Shown: positions 19,387-31,088, numbered from the stretch's first letter. The stretch: 32,252 nucleotides of DNA from Parvularia atlantis (GCA_943704415.1 CALSCO010000693.1:1-32252); one strand, 5' to 3'. Notes: a model not told the origin generated them from the letters alone. Translations and numbers: made by a program.

Positions 19387-20493
19387 ATGCAGGTAGCCGG
19401 CGTCGACGGCGGCGGCACATCCTCGACGCTCGTCCTGCTCGACGCCGCGACGGGCGCGCGCCTCGCGACGGTCGAGGGCCCGAGCACGAACCACTACGTG
19501 CGCAAGTGCGCCGGATGGACCTCGGCGATGGCGGCTGACTGGTGGCGCAGCTTGTGACGCTCGATGGCGCCGTCGACGCGATCATCGACATGGTGCGGCG
19601 CGCGAGCGCGACCGAGCCGCTGGCGGGGCTGGTGTGTGCTTGCGGGCACGTTGGATTCGCGGCTAACAGACGACGCTGGGCGTGCGCAGGGCCTGTCGTT
19701 GAGCGGGATCGAAAACGAGGAGATCAAGGGCGTGATGGAGCGGCGCCTGCGCGAGCGCGCCCCGGGGCTGGCCGAGCGCTACCACCTGTGCAGCGACGTG
19801 CTCGGGTCGGTGGCGACGGCCTCGCGCGTGGGCGGCGTGTGCGTGATCGCGGGCACGGGCTCCAACTGCGTTGCGGTGAGCGCCGACGGGACGCAGCGCA
19901 CATGCGGCGGCTGGGGCCACGTCCTGGGCGACCACGCCTCGGGCTACGACACGGCCATCCGCGCCATCCGCACCATCTTCGCCGTGACCGAGGGTATGTA
20001 CGAGCCCGACGAGGCCCCGCCTGATGTGAGCATGCTGCGCGCCGAGATGATGGCCTACTTTGGCCTCAGCACGCTGCGCGAAATGCTCGAGCGCGCCTAC
20101 ACGCGCTTCGACAAGGCGCACATCGCCGGCTTCACCGTGCGCATCGCCGAGGGTGCGTCGCGCGGCGACGCCTTCTGTCGCGTCGTGCTGCACGAGACTG
20201 GGCGCCAGCTCGGGCGACACGTGCGCGCGGTCCTGCCCGCGCTCAGCGCCGAGCTCCTGGCCGACCCGCGCGGCCTGCCCGTCGTCTGCGTCGGCTCGGT
20301 CTGGCTCGCCTTTGAGCACCTGCGCGACGGCTTCCTCGAGGTCCTGCGCACGACCGCGGCGCGGCTGCCGCACGGGCTGCGCCTGCTGCGCCTCACCACG
20401 ACGGCGGCGCTCGGTGCGGCCGTGCTCGTGTACCCGGCGCTGCCAATGGACCACGCGGCCAACGTCGAGGAGTTTTTCGCGTGTGTGCTGTGA
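19387..20493 (+). CDS. NAGK: N-acetyl-D-glucosamine kinase (BadF/BcrA family); introns 19498-19550, 19632-19689
   Basis: Exon 1 (missing from the ORF track) reads MQVAGVDGGGTSS...GPSTNHY. Then GLSLSG, GGVCVIAGTGSNC, CGGWGHVLGD and VVCVGSVW, as in animal-type NAGK. Confidence 0.92.
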
Positions 20494-20549
20494 GGTGGCG
20501 TGCACAGCAACTAGCAGGCTCCACAAAAGCAGTACAACACCGGTCAGGG

Positions 20550-22690
20550 TCACTCGAACCGCCACCAGAGCGGCAGCACCGTCGTCCGCAGAAGCGCCCG
20601 CGCCTCGTCGTCGGCCACGTCAAACAGCGTGCGCAGCGCCTCGTGCGCGCCCGGCTCGCGCGACGCCGCGGCGAGCCCCTGCACAACGCGCTGCCGCGTG
20701 CCGTCGATGATGTTGATCTCGCGCGGCGCGCCTTCGACGACGTACGTGCTCTGGCGGGGGTGCGCGTCTCGTCAGGTGCCGAGCGCACATGCCTGCGGGC
20801 CCGCGCACGCGCACCACGATCGCCGCCGCCGCTGCTGTCAGCTCGGGCGGTGCTGCGGTCGCAGCTGCGCGCTTGCGAAAGTCGCGAACGTCGATCACAA
20901 ACAGCGCAAGCTCGGCGCAGAAGCACAGCAGCGACAGCCGCACGAGCTTGTCTGAGTCGACCGGGTTGTCGAGAATGAGCGAGAGGCGCACGGGCGGCTC
21001 GGTCGCGCCGTGCATGAGGCCGATCTGCTGCATCACACGCCGCACGGCCGTGCCCGTGCGCGCCCACACGTCGTCGGCAGTGGCACTCGTGTCGGCAGGG
21101 GCAGCGGTGGCGGGCGGCGGTGGCGGCGGCTTGCGCGTCGACGCCTCAGACGCCTCGGCCAGGAACGCGTCCATGCTCGCGGCCTTCTGCGCCTCGTTCG
21201 GCTCTGCTCGCGACGCGAACGCGCTCAGCACCAGCGCGTCTTGGCAGGCGCTGGCGCGCACCTGGGCCCTTGGCGATTGGCGAGGTGGCAGCGGAGACTG
21301 TTGGCGACGCGCTGCCGTCCATCCACGACGTCGTGCTCGACGGTGCAATCACGCTGGCGCCCGCGCCCACGCCCTCCACGACTTGGACGCTGATGGCTTG
21401 CAGCTCCGTGTCGGCCGACGGCGAGCGCTTGCCATGCCAGCGTGCGTACGTCCAGGTTGAAAGCAGCGGCCAGCCGACGCTGATGACCAGGCTGTGCGCG
21501 CGGCCGATCAGCAGCGTGTCGCAGCCGCGCGCACGCGCAACGCACGTCGTCCAGAAGATCGTCAGGGCGAAGAAGGCGTTGGTCACGGGGATGACCAAGT
21601 AGATCGTCAGCACCTGCGTGCGCGGTCAGTGCGTCGGCCCGCACGGCACCGAAGGGCGCACAAAGAGGACGGCCAGCGGACAGCTCACGAGCGTCGTCGC
21701 GGCGAGCTCGTCCCGGATCGCGAACGCGTCGCGCGCGAGCCACACGAGCAGCGTCGTCAGCACGATCGCAACCACGATCAGCACGATCTGGCCCAACAGA
21801 ATGTAGCCGAAGCTGCGGCGCGCGCGTGCGCGTGAGGCCGGCTGTGCCACGGCGTGCACGGCACGGCACGGCAGGGCGCACCCGTTCGAGTTGCACCACA
21901 TCGGGTCGGCCGCGTCGGCAAGCCAGTACATGACGCCGCCCACGGCCAGGCTGAGCACGTACAGCGCCGTGAGCACGGCCACGGCGTTTGTCCAGCGCTG
22001 GGTCCAGGCGAGCGCGCGGACGACGCGCCGGTGCAGCTCGATGAAGCGCAGCTTGGGCGGCAGGCCGAGCGTGACGTAGCTGTCGGCGACCATGACCTGC
22101 CCGCGCATCGACTGCACGTACAGGCGGCATCCGCGCACGACGTACGGCTGCGCGACGGGGGTCAACTGAATCCGGTGGCGCGGATCACCGGGCGCGCTGC
22201 CAGTGGGCAACGCACCGCATACACGAGCGGCACGACGCCGACGCCCGTCCAGACGATGAGCGGGCACGCCAAGTGCGCCGTCGAAGCGCCCGCGGTCGCC
22301 GCAGCGTCGAGACTGTCCGCTTGCTGCTGCACCGACGAGAAGAAGGTGTAGTAGCCTGACGCGTACAAGACGTAGTTGCTGTCGGCACGCCGCGCCGCGG
22401 TGAGCGCTGCCCACGACAGGCGCCGTGCTCGCTGACGCACACGGTGCTGTAGGCCATCTGGAAGAGCACGAGCTCGGGCATGCGCGAGCGCACGGGCTCC
22501 AAGCGGCGGCTGGGTGGTCCGCGTCGGATCAGTGCGTCCATTTCCGACCGGGCGCGTCGCACCGCAGCCAGAAGAGTGTGCACAGTGGCACGCTGACCGC
22601 GAAGAAGACTAGCGCCGAGACGAGCGGCGCGACAGGCGCGACGAGCCCGACGTCGTTGAGGATCGCAAACGTGCCGTCGGTGAGCGGCAT
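20550..22690 (-). CDS. Seven-transmembrane protein with C-terminal RGS domain (7TM-RGS), 9 exons
   Basis: Introns 22562-22510, 22440-22379, 22215-22148, 21881-21813, 21661-21614, 21545-21492, 21261-21204 and 20814-20751 give one frame. It has seven hydrophobic segments, the motifs VRSRMPEL, PYVVRGCRL and DAFAIRDEL, and an RGS box LSLILDNP..CAELALFVIDVRDFR..IVSTYVVEGAPREINI..LFDVADDEARALL. Confidence 0.82.
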
Positions 22691-22764
22691 AGCGCAGCAG
22701 TGGGAGGGGCGCTGACGTCGTTCAAGGAGCGCAAACATGGGAACGTACCTGGTATCACATCTCA

Positions 22765-24285
22765 TCACTGTTGCGTGCATTCGCTGACCGCCTGGCGGTT
22801 GACAACGACGTGCTTGGCAGGGGCCGGGCCGGACGCGGGGACGGCGGCGACACGCGCGACGGCCGGCTGCGACGTCGTGGCCGGCTTCGGCGATGGGGCG
22901 GCCGTCACGACCTCGTTCTCCTTGTTGGCGCGCGGCGGCCGCGGCGGCGGCGGCGGCGAGGGCGCGGGCTGCTCGGCCAGCTTGTCGGCGCTGCTCTCGG
23001 CCCCGGCGCCCGACAGTTGGAAGCGCAGGCTCGCGATCGTTCGGTTGGCGCGACTCAGCTGCGCCTCGGCCTCCTGCAGCCGCCGCTCGGTCTGGTACAG
23101 CCGCTCGGTCTCGCTCGCCTTAAGCATGGTCGCCGTGCGCAGCTCACGCTTGACCCGGGCGAGCTCATCCGTGGTCTCGTGCAGCTGCTGCGTTAGCGCG
23201 GCCACCGAGCCTGCCTCGGACAAGGGCACCGCCGCCGCGGCGCCGTCGGCCCGGCCCGCGCCCGCACCGCCGCGGCACGTGCACTCGTCCACGCGCTCGC
23301 GCAGCACGCGCACCTGCTCCTGCAGCTGCTTGCCCTCGGCGATGCTCTGGGCCAGGCGCGATTCGAGCTGGCGCTGCGACAGCTCGAGGCGCTCGTTGCC
23401 GCTGTTCTGCGTCAGCTGCTGGATGCGGCTGCGCAGGCGGCGCTGCTCCAGCAAGTGTGTCTGCAGCAGGCCCTGGTGCTTCTCCTGCAGCGTGTTGTGG
23501 CGCGTCTCGAGGTCGAGCCGCCGGTCCTCGATCTCGGACAGGAGGCTCTTGCCGTCCTCGTGCCCGGGCAGGTGGCCCACGCGGCTCTCGGCCTGCACCG
23601 CGCGCTGCAGGAAGTCGACAGTGGCGCGCGCATCGCTCAGCGCCAGGTTGAGCTCGTCCACTTGGAACTGGAACGCCTCCTTCTCGCGGCGCTCCTGGTC
23701 CAGCTGCGCCGAGAGGTCCTCGAAGATGGCCGCGTCGCCCTGCGCCTGCTGCACCTGCTCCTCGAGCCGCGCGCACCGGTACTCGAGCGCCACTCGCTCC
23801 GTCTGCCACGTCTGCTGCTCGCGGCGCAGCGACGCCACTGATGCCTCGTACGACGCCACGAGCTGGCCGGCCTGCTGCTCGGCGGCGCGTGCCTCGCGCA
23901 GCTCGGCAATGAGCTTGGCGCGCGCCTCTTGCGCCACGGCGGCCTCGGCCTCGAGCTCGGCGGCACGAGCCTCGGCCTGCAGCACGGCCTCGTTTGACGC
24001 GCGCACGCCGTCGCTCGCGGCTGCGTTCTCGCGTTCGCGCGCCCGCAGCGCGTCGTGCAGCCGCGCGATGTCGGCGTCGAGGGCCGCGCGCTCGTTGTCG
24101 TTGCGCTCGCGCTCGCCGGCCAGGGCGCGCTGCGCGTCGTCCCAGCGACGCTGCGCCGCGGCCAGGGCCTCCTTGAGCCGCGCATTGTCGTCCAGCAGCT
24201 GCTGACCCATCTGGGCGGCCAGCAGCAGATCGTGCTGCAGCTCGGCGACCGTCGGCTCCATGAACGCGTAACGGTCTTTGTGCAT
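22765..24285 (-). CDS. SPDL1: Spindly-like kinetochore dynein adaptor (start 24285 or 24261)
   Basis: Long coiled coil with CC1 box LLLAAQMGQQLL, Spindly motif GKSLLSEIEDRR (human GNSLFAEVEDRR) and C-terminal CTQQ (human CPQQ, farnesylated). Confidence 0.8.
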   Translation of the reverse strand: MHKDRYAFMEPTVAELQHDLLLAAQMGQQLLDDNARLKEALAAAQRRWDDAQRALAGERERNDNERAALDADIARLHDALRARERENAAASDGVRASNEAVLQAEARAAELEAEAAVAQEARAKLIAELREARAAEQQAGQLVASYEASVASLRREQQTWQTERVALEYRCARLEEQVQQAQGDAAIFEDLSAQLDQERREKEAFQFQVDELNLALSDARATVDFLQRAVQAESRVGHLPGHEDGKSLLSEIEDRRLDLETRHNTLQEKHQGLLQTHLLEQRRLRSRIQQLTQNSGNERLELSQRQLESRLAQSIAEGKQLQEQVRVLRERVDECTCRGGAGAGRADGAAAAVPLSEAGSVAALTQQLHETTDELARVKRELRTATMLKASETERLYQTERRLQEAEAQLSRANRTIASLRFQLSGAGAESSADKLAEQPAPSPPPPPRPPRANKENEVVTAAPSPKPATTSQPAVARVAAVPASGPAPAKHVVVNRQAVSECTQQ

Positions 24286-24310
24286 CGATTGCTACGTAGC
24301 TTGTACCTGT

Positions 24311-25370
24311 ATGCATCACCGCATCACTCCTGCCGTGCTGCTGCTGCTGCTGCTGCTGCTCCTGCTCGGGCGCGCGGCCGCGCAGACGCCCGTCGTGCGG
24401 AGCGTCTTTCCATCGGCCGGGCCCTTCACCGAGTCGACGCTCGTGTTCATCAGCGGCGAGAACCTGGGCACTGCCGCCGTGCGCCCGCCCGCGCTCTGCC
24501 GCACGCGGATGCTGATCACGCGCGCATCGCATCGCCGCGCACAGAGCGACCTCGTCGACATCGTCGTCGCCGGCGCGTCCTGCCGCAACCGCAGCGGGTG
24601 GGTAAGTGCGAAGCAGCTGTTCTGCGTCGTGCCCGTGCCCTCGCCCCTGCCCGCGACCCTGCCCGCGCCGCCGTCGGGCCCCGTCATCGTCACCACGGCG
24701 AGCGGCGGCGCGTCAAACGCGGACGTGCTCTACACGTTCCAGTCGTGTGCGTGCCCGCGACGCGCCACCCTCGCTGCCGCGCGCGGTGCTCACGACCTGC
24801 TCGCCAGCGTGCGTCGTGCACGCCGCGGCCGATGAGTGCGATCAGTTCGCGCCCCTCTGCGCCTGGTGCAAGCACTCGGCGCAGTGCCGCGAGGCCAGCG
24901 CGTTCTGCGACCAGGGCTGTGCTGGTGGCTTCGTTTACCTCACGTGCAGCGAGCTCACCGGCATCGTCTTCATGTCGGTCGTACTCGCGGCGCTGATCGC
25001 GGGCCTAATCTGGTTCGGCGTCAAGCGCACGCGCATCCTCCGCAAGAAGCTCGGCACCAGCGACAGCCACGACGGCCTGCACGACCCGCACCCAGTGCCG
25101 GCGCCGGACGCCCCGCACGGCCGCGCCGCGTCCAACCGCGACCGGCGCAGTGTCGTCTCGACATATGGCGGTGGGGTCAACGACGGGCGGCTGCGGCTGG
25201 TCGACGAGAGCGACGAGGACGCCGAGGACGACGATGCGGAGGCGGACGAAGACGACTTTCTCGAGCCGGACATGTCGGCCTCGTACCAGCGCAAGCAGGC
25301 GGCGATCGAGCAGCGGTACCGCATGCTCCAGCAGCAGAACGCGCGCTCGAGCCTCACGTCGTTCTTCTAA
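24311..25370 (+). CDS. Small type I membrane protein: signal peptide, IPT/TIG domain, PSI-like Cys module, TM helix, acidic cytoplasmic tail; introns 24479-24544, 24747-24807
   Basis: Poly-Leu signal; IPT PVVRSVFPSAGP..TLVFISGENLG..IVVAGASC..SAKQLFCVVP; PSI-like CDQFAPLCAWCKHSAQC; TM GIVFMSVVLAALIAGLIWFGV followed by KRTR. Confidence 0.8.
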
Positions 25371-25454
25371 GTTTGCCCCCGCGCTGCGCCCCGCCTGTAC
25401 GTAGTCCGCTCCCGACGCATGCGAAAACGCCAGCGCGCACACATTAGCACAGTC

Positions 25455-28400
25455 TCACAGCGGCGCGTTGCGCACAATGTCCAGCAGGCACGCCGCGTTG
25501 TGAAACGCGTCCATCAGTCGCCGCGTGCTCCGCTGCTCGGCCGCGCGCAGCTCGCGCAGCAGCTCGCCCAGGCCCGGCGTCGCACCGAGCAGCTCGCCGT
25601 GCACGTGCAGAAACACCTGCAGGTACGCCTGGATCATCTCAAAGTTGCGCTGCGAGTCAAGCTGCCGCAGCAGGAACCGCGCAAAGTGGCCCAGCAGCGG
25701 CTGCGCAGGGTCGAGCGTCTCGAGCGAGCGGATCGCAGCGTCGGTGGCCGATGGCCCGAGCGACAGTAGGTGCTCGAGCAGCGCGTCGTCTGTCGCGCCC
25801 GGCCCTCATCAGCGTTCCCGCCGTCCCGCGCAGCCGCCCACGAGTACGCACACTTATCGCTCTCGGCACAGCGCTTCAGCAGTGCGTTTGTCGACGACTC
25901 GGCTTCACGCATCACGCTGTCCTTGATGATCGCGCTCTGCGTGCGCGCACCACAGTGTCACCGGCAGCGGAGCGCGTGCACGTGGCCCGCACCTTGCGTT
26001 CGGCTGTGGTCTCTTGATCGGGCGCGAAGGCCGTGCGCACGCCGGCGACCGTCGGCAGGAAGAAGGGCGCTGTGTCGAGACGCGCACATGAGCGCGTCCG
26101 GACTCCGCGCCCCATCGGCACGCACCGCGCTCGGGCGCCCTGGGCGGTTCGATCGGCTTGTTGCGCGCGCGAATGGCCTCGAGGCTGAGCAGGTTCTGCC
26201 AGCGCGTTTTGGGCAGGGCTGACAGTGAGATCAGCCCGTTCACCGGCAGCAACGTGTCCGCCGACGTCTGCTCGTCGACCGTGCCTGCCGGTGCAGTCGG
26301 CGCGTCGGCGGGGTGGTCGACGAAGAACGAGTCGTCGTCGACGCCGTTGACCCCGGGCAGCTCGAGCGCGACGGCCGCACCCGACGCAACGCCCGTGTCC
26401 GGCTCGAGCGACTGCACGGGCACAAGCGGGATGCTCGAGAACTGCAGCCGATTGGCCCAGAGAAACACACCGACGTGGTCGACGTGGCACGTCGCGAGAA
26501 AGTCGGCCGAGGGCGAGAACGCGACCGAGGTCGGGATGGCCGGCACGACAAAGACGTCGACCAGGTGCGACGTCGGCAGGTCCCACACGCGCACGGTCGC
26601 GTCCATGCCGCACGTGACGAGCAGGCGCGCGTCAGGCGAGAACGCCAGGTCGGTGACGCGGCTCATGTGGCCGCGGAAGACGCGCACGACCTTGGCCGTG
26701 TCGATGTCGATCACACGCACGGCCAGGTCGTCGCCGACGACAGCCACGAGGTCGCTCTGAGCCGCGCCGTCAGCACCCGCGCACAGACATGCACGGGTGC
26801 GCACGCACATCGCGTAGCAGCGTCAGCGCCGTCAGGCCGCAGCCGATGTTGTGCGAGTGCTGTATCCTCGCGTCGTTGAAGTCCCACACGCACACGGTCC
26901 CGTCCAGCGAGCACGACACGAGGCGCTGGTTCAGGCCGTCGACCGCCAGCCCCATCACCGCCTTGGTGTGCCCTGGCGGCGCGCCAGCGTGAGAACTCTG
27001 TATCCGCGGCGTGCTGTGCCGTGCGCGCACCCTTGAACACGCGCCGGTGCGCGCCCGACTGGAGGTTGTACATGTCGCAGCGGCCGGACGCGTAGCCGAC
27101 GACGGTGAAGTTGCCGCACGTGCTAATGCAGCAGGCCTGTTGCGCGCGCGACAACGTTCACGCCCTGGTCGCACGGGCAGAGGCAAGTCGGCTAGAAGGG
27201 GCACCTTGGGAAAGCTCCCGTCGAGCGACTTGAGCTCGTGACGGCCGATGGTCTTGTTGAGGTAGCGCCAGGTGTGGACGGTCGCGTGCTGGTGATGGCA
27301 CGTGACGATGTTGTCCCACTCCTTCTCCTTGGCTTCGGCTGCCAACGCGTGCGTTAGTGGGCGGCGAGCGCATGCATGCCCTGCCACGCACAGGCCGCGA
27401 AGCACGTGATCACCGGCAGCTTGAGCTGCTCGACCTTGAGCCCCGTCACGCGCACCTTCTTGGCCAGCGAGCCCTGCGACAGCTCAACCGACTGCGCGTC
27501 GCGTACGATCGAGAGGTCGCGCAGGGCCCGGTCGGCGCCGCTCGACAGCAGATGCGACCCCGTTGTGCCCTGCGCGCGGCACGCGTAAACAAGCGGTCGC
27601 AGGCCGTCCGCTGGGGTGCCGCGACGCACGTAGAAGCGCACGCAGGTCGGCGGCTTGGCGTGCCCGCTGCGCGACTTGAGCAGGCGGCCCGAGCCGTCTG
27701 CCGCGTCAAAGATCCATTGCTGCCGTGACGCAGGCACGGTCAGGGGCCCATCGTGCGCGCGCACGGCCGCGCGCACCTTGACCGAGTTGTCCGACGACGC
27801 CGACATGAGCAGCGGCTCGCCCGGGAAGAACACGAGCGACGAGACCGAGCCGTCGTGCGCCCCGGCCATCAGGTGGCTCAGCTGGCGGTGCTCCATGTCC
27901 CACAGCGCAATGTCGCCGAGCGAGTTGGCCGTGGCCATGACGGGCGTCTCGTCGCTGCGGAACGCCACGGCGGTGACGGCGCCCTCCTGGCGCACGGCCA
28001 TGACGCGCTCGCCGTGCAGGATGTCATACAGCACGATTGTGCCGTCGAGCAGCCCCACAGCGACGACGTCGGGCGCGGGGCTCGGCACGAGGCACGTCAC
28101 GGCCCCGCCCACGCTGTCAAACTCGTGCACGAGTTTGCTGCCGCGGAGCAGTCAGTCTTGCATGACCTGCGCAGCGCAGCACAGCGCAGCGCACCTTGTG
28201 CGGATGTTCCACAACTGCAGCGTGCCGAACGACGTGCCCACGAGGATCTTGTTGAGGTACGTGGCCGGGTGGCACAGCGCCGTGACGCGGAAGCGCGCGC
28301 CAAACTCGATCGCGCCCTCGAGTGCCGCAGCGCTGTCGCGCGCGCCCAGTTTCCACGTGCACAGCGTGTTGTCCTCGTCCAGCGACAACACGAGGTCACC

Positions 28401-28984
28401 CACGCGCAACAGCTGCAGCACGGTCGAGCGGTGCGGCCCGGCCATGACGTTGCGCTGCGCGAGCCGACGCGTGAGCCCCGCGTCTTTCGCGCGTCCCGTT
28501 GGCGCACCAGCCTCGCGCGCTCAAAGACGAGCACTTCGTTGCCGCACGCCGCGACGGTCAGGTCGCCCGCGCTAGCGAGCGCCGTGATCGGCCGCGTCGT
28601 GTGCGGGCCGACAAAGAGCAGGCCGAGCTTGCCGCACTGCGCGGCGGTCTGCGTGAGCACTGGGGCAACGACGGCCAAGCAGCGAGGGCGCACCTCGTAG
28701 ATCTGGAAGCTGTTGCCGGTGCATGTCGTGACAAAGTGCATCCCGCCGCGCGTCTGCAGCGAGAACGGGACGTCGTTCGTGACGCAGCCGAGCGCGCGGA
28801 ACGGCTGAAAGATGCGCGAGGCGCGGAGCAGGGCTGCACAAGCTTCAGCAACCACAGGCGCAAAAAGCGCTGCCCCGCACACGCCACCTCGCCGCACGGG
28901 CTGGTCCGTCGCGGGCTCAGACGCAGGCGCAGGCGCAGGCGCAGGCGCAGACAAGGCGCCGCGCCGCCGCTTGTTCGCGGGCAT
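25455..28984 (-). CDS. UTP21: U3 snoRNA-associated protein 21 / WDR36 (at least 12 introns)
   Basis: [86 protein letters not shown] and [12 protein letters not shown]. Intron donors at 28693, 28507, 28194, 27776, 27629, 27391, 27204, 27030, 26808, 26125, 25992 and 25851. Confidence 0.95.
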
Positions 28985-28987
28985 GGT

Positions 28988-29032
28988 GGCCACGTGGCGC
29001 GTCGGATCTGTCACGCTTCGGCGGCCACGTGG
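28988..29032. promoter_or_regulatory. Two GGCCACGTGG E-boxes in the 51-bp UTP21/glycerol kinase divergent spacer
   Basis: Identical 10-mers at 28988-28997 and 29023-29032, each containing the palindrome CCACGTGG. Confidence 0.45.
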
Positions 29033-29035
29033 ACG

Positions 29036-30942
29036 ATGTGCGCCGCGCGGGCGGCGGCCGTGCGCGCGCTCGTGGGCGCGATCGACCAGGGCACAACGAG
29101 CACGCGCTTCATCGTGTTTGACGAGACCGGGAGCGTCATCGCGACGGCGCAGAAGGAGCTGCCGCTGATCCTGCCGCGCGAGCGGTGCGTGCGCGCGCGC
29201 GCTCAAAGCGTGTGCATTGTGTCAACAACGCACGCCGTGCGCGCAGCTGGGTCGAGCACGACCCGCTGGCCATCCTCGAGACGGTCGAGTACTGCATCGA
29301 CCACGTCTGCCAGAAGCTGCACCGGGACGGGTACGATGTGCGCCGCGACATGAAGGGTGCGCACACATGCACGCACGCTTTCGCGCCACCAGCTCAGACG
29401 CGGTCCGCAGCCATCGGCGTGACCAACCAGCGCGAGACGACGGTGCTGTGGGACAGTGCAACGGGCAAGCCACTGCACAACGCGATCGTGTGGAAGGACC
29501 TGCGCACGACCGAGACCGTCGCGCAGCTGCAGGCGCGCACCGCGTCCAACAGCCGCGACCACTTCCAGACGCGCTGCGGCCTGCCGCTGCACTCGTACTT
29601 CAGCGCGGTGAAGGCGCGCTGGCTGCTAGACCAGCCGATCGCGGCCGTGCAGCGCGCCAAGGCGGAGGGCCACCTGCGCTTCAGCACAATCGACACGTGG
29701 CTGATCTGGGTGCGGGGCGAACAGACGCGCGCGCACGGGGCGATTGTGCTGAAACCGCGCGCGCGCGCGCGCGCCGAGGCAGAACCTCACCGGTGGGCTC
29801 AAGGGCGGGGCGTTCCTGACGGACGTGACGAACGCTAGCCGCACGATGCTCATGAACCTGAACACGCTCCAGTGGGACAGTGAGCTGTGCACATTCTTCG
29901 GCGTGGGCAAGGAGATGCTACCCGAGATCCGCTCAAGCAGCGAGGTCTACGGGCACATGGCCGAGGGACCGCTGCACGGCGTGCCGATCGCCGGGGTGCG
30001 TCGCTGCGCCAGTAGCGTATTCGCGCCTGACCGTGGTACGTCCCAGTGCGCCGGCGATCAGCAGGCCGCGCTGGTGGGCCACCGCTGCTTCGGCGCGGGC
30101 GACGTCAAGAGCACGTACGGCACGGGCTGCTTTGTGCTGTTCAACACAGGCGAGCGGCCCGTCTTCTCCAAGCGCGGACTGCTCACGACCGTCGCATACC
30201 AGCTCGGGCCGAACGCGCGCCCCGTGTACGCGCTAGAGGGCGCCGTGGCCGACGCGGGCTCGGTCGTGTCCTGGCTGCGCGACAAGCTCAGCGTGATCGC
30301 GCACGAGAGCGACGTCGGTGCGCACACGTGTGTAGGTGCTGATCGATTTTCGGTTGACGGGCCGCGACAGACGCGCTGGCGGGCGCCGTCGAGTCGACCA
30401 GCGGCGTGTGCTTCGTGCCGGCGCTGTCGGGCCTGATGGCGCCGCGGTGGCGCGAGGACGCGCGCGGGTGCGCGGGCCCGCTATGCTGCGCGGCGCGGGG
30501 CTGATCAAGCGCGCTCGCGCGCAGGACGATCGTGGGCGTGACGCAGTTCACAGACAAGCGGCACCTCGTGCGCGCTGCGCTCGAGGGCGTGTGCTTCCAG
30601 ACGAGCGAGGTGCTCGAGGCGATGGAGCAGGACAGCGGCACCAAGCTGCGCCAGCTGCGCGTGGACGGCGGGCTCACGCACAGCAACGTCTGCATGCAGA
30701 TCCAGGCCGACCTGCACGCCGCGGCGCTCGAGCGGCCCGCCATGGCCGAGATGACGGCGCTGGGCGCAGCGATGCTGGCCGGGCTCGCCGTGGGCGTGTG
30801 GAAGTCGGTGGACGAGCTTGTTGCGCAGCCTATGCGCGTGTTCCGGCCGCAGCTGGACGCCGCGGAGCGCGCGCGGAGGCAGGCCGTGTGGGAGCGGGCG
30901 GTGCAGGCCTCGCTCAGCGTGGGCAGCGAAGCGGATGTGTAG
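29036..30942 (+). CDS. GK: Glycerol kinase (FGGY family), 7 exons
   Basis: [62 protein letters not shown] and LRVDGG. Introns 29185-29247, 29357-29410, 29710-29782, 29996-30046, 30318-30370 and 30468-30524. Confidence 0.95.
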
Positions 30943-31088
30943 GCGATGTGCGCGCGTCATGGGCCACATGCAGAGGGGATAAGCGGGGAGGAAAGAGCGA
31001 GCGCGCCAGAAGGCGAACGAAAGAGGACGAGAGAGACAGAGACAGGGAGGCCCACGCGCACGCCGCTGACTGGGAACGCGCCGCGCGC

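Noticed and set aside
24337..24366. CTG microsatellite
   Set aside because: It encodes the poly-Leu core of a signal peptide.
28923..28950. GCAGGC hexamer repeat
   Set aside because: It encodes a PAPAPA low-complexity linker in the UTP21 N-terminus.
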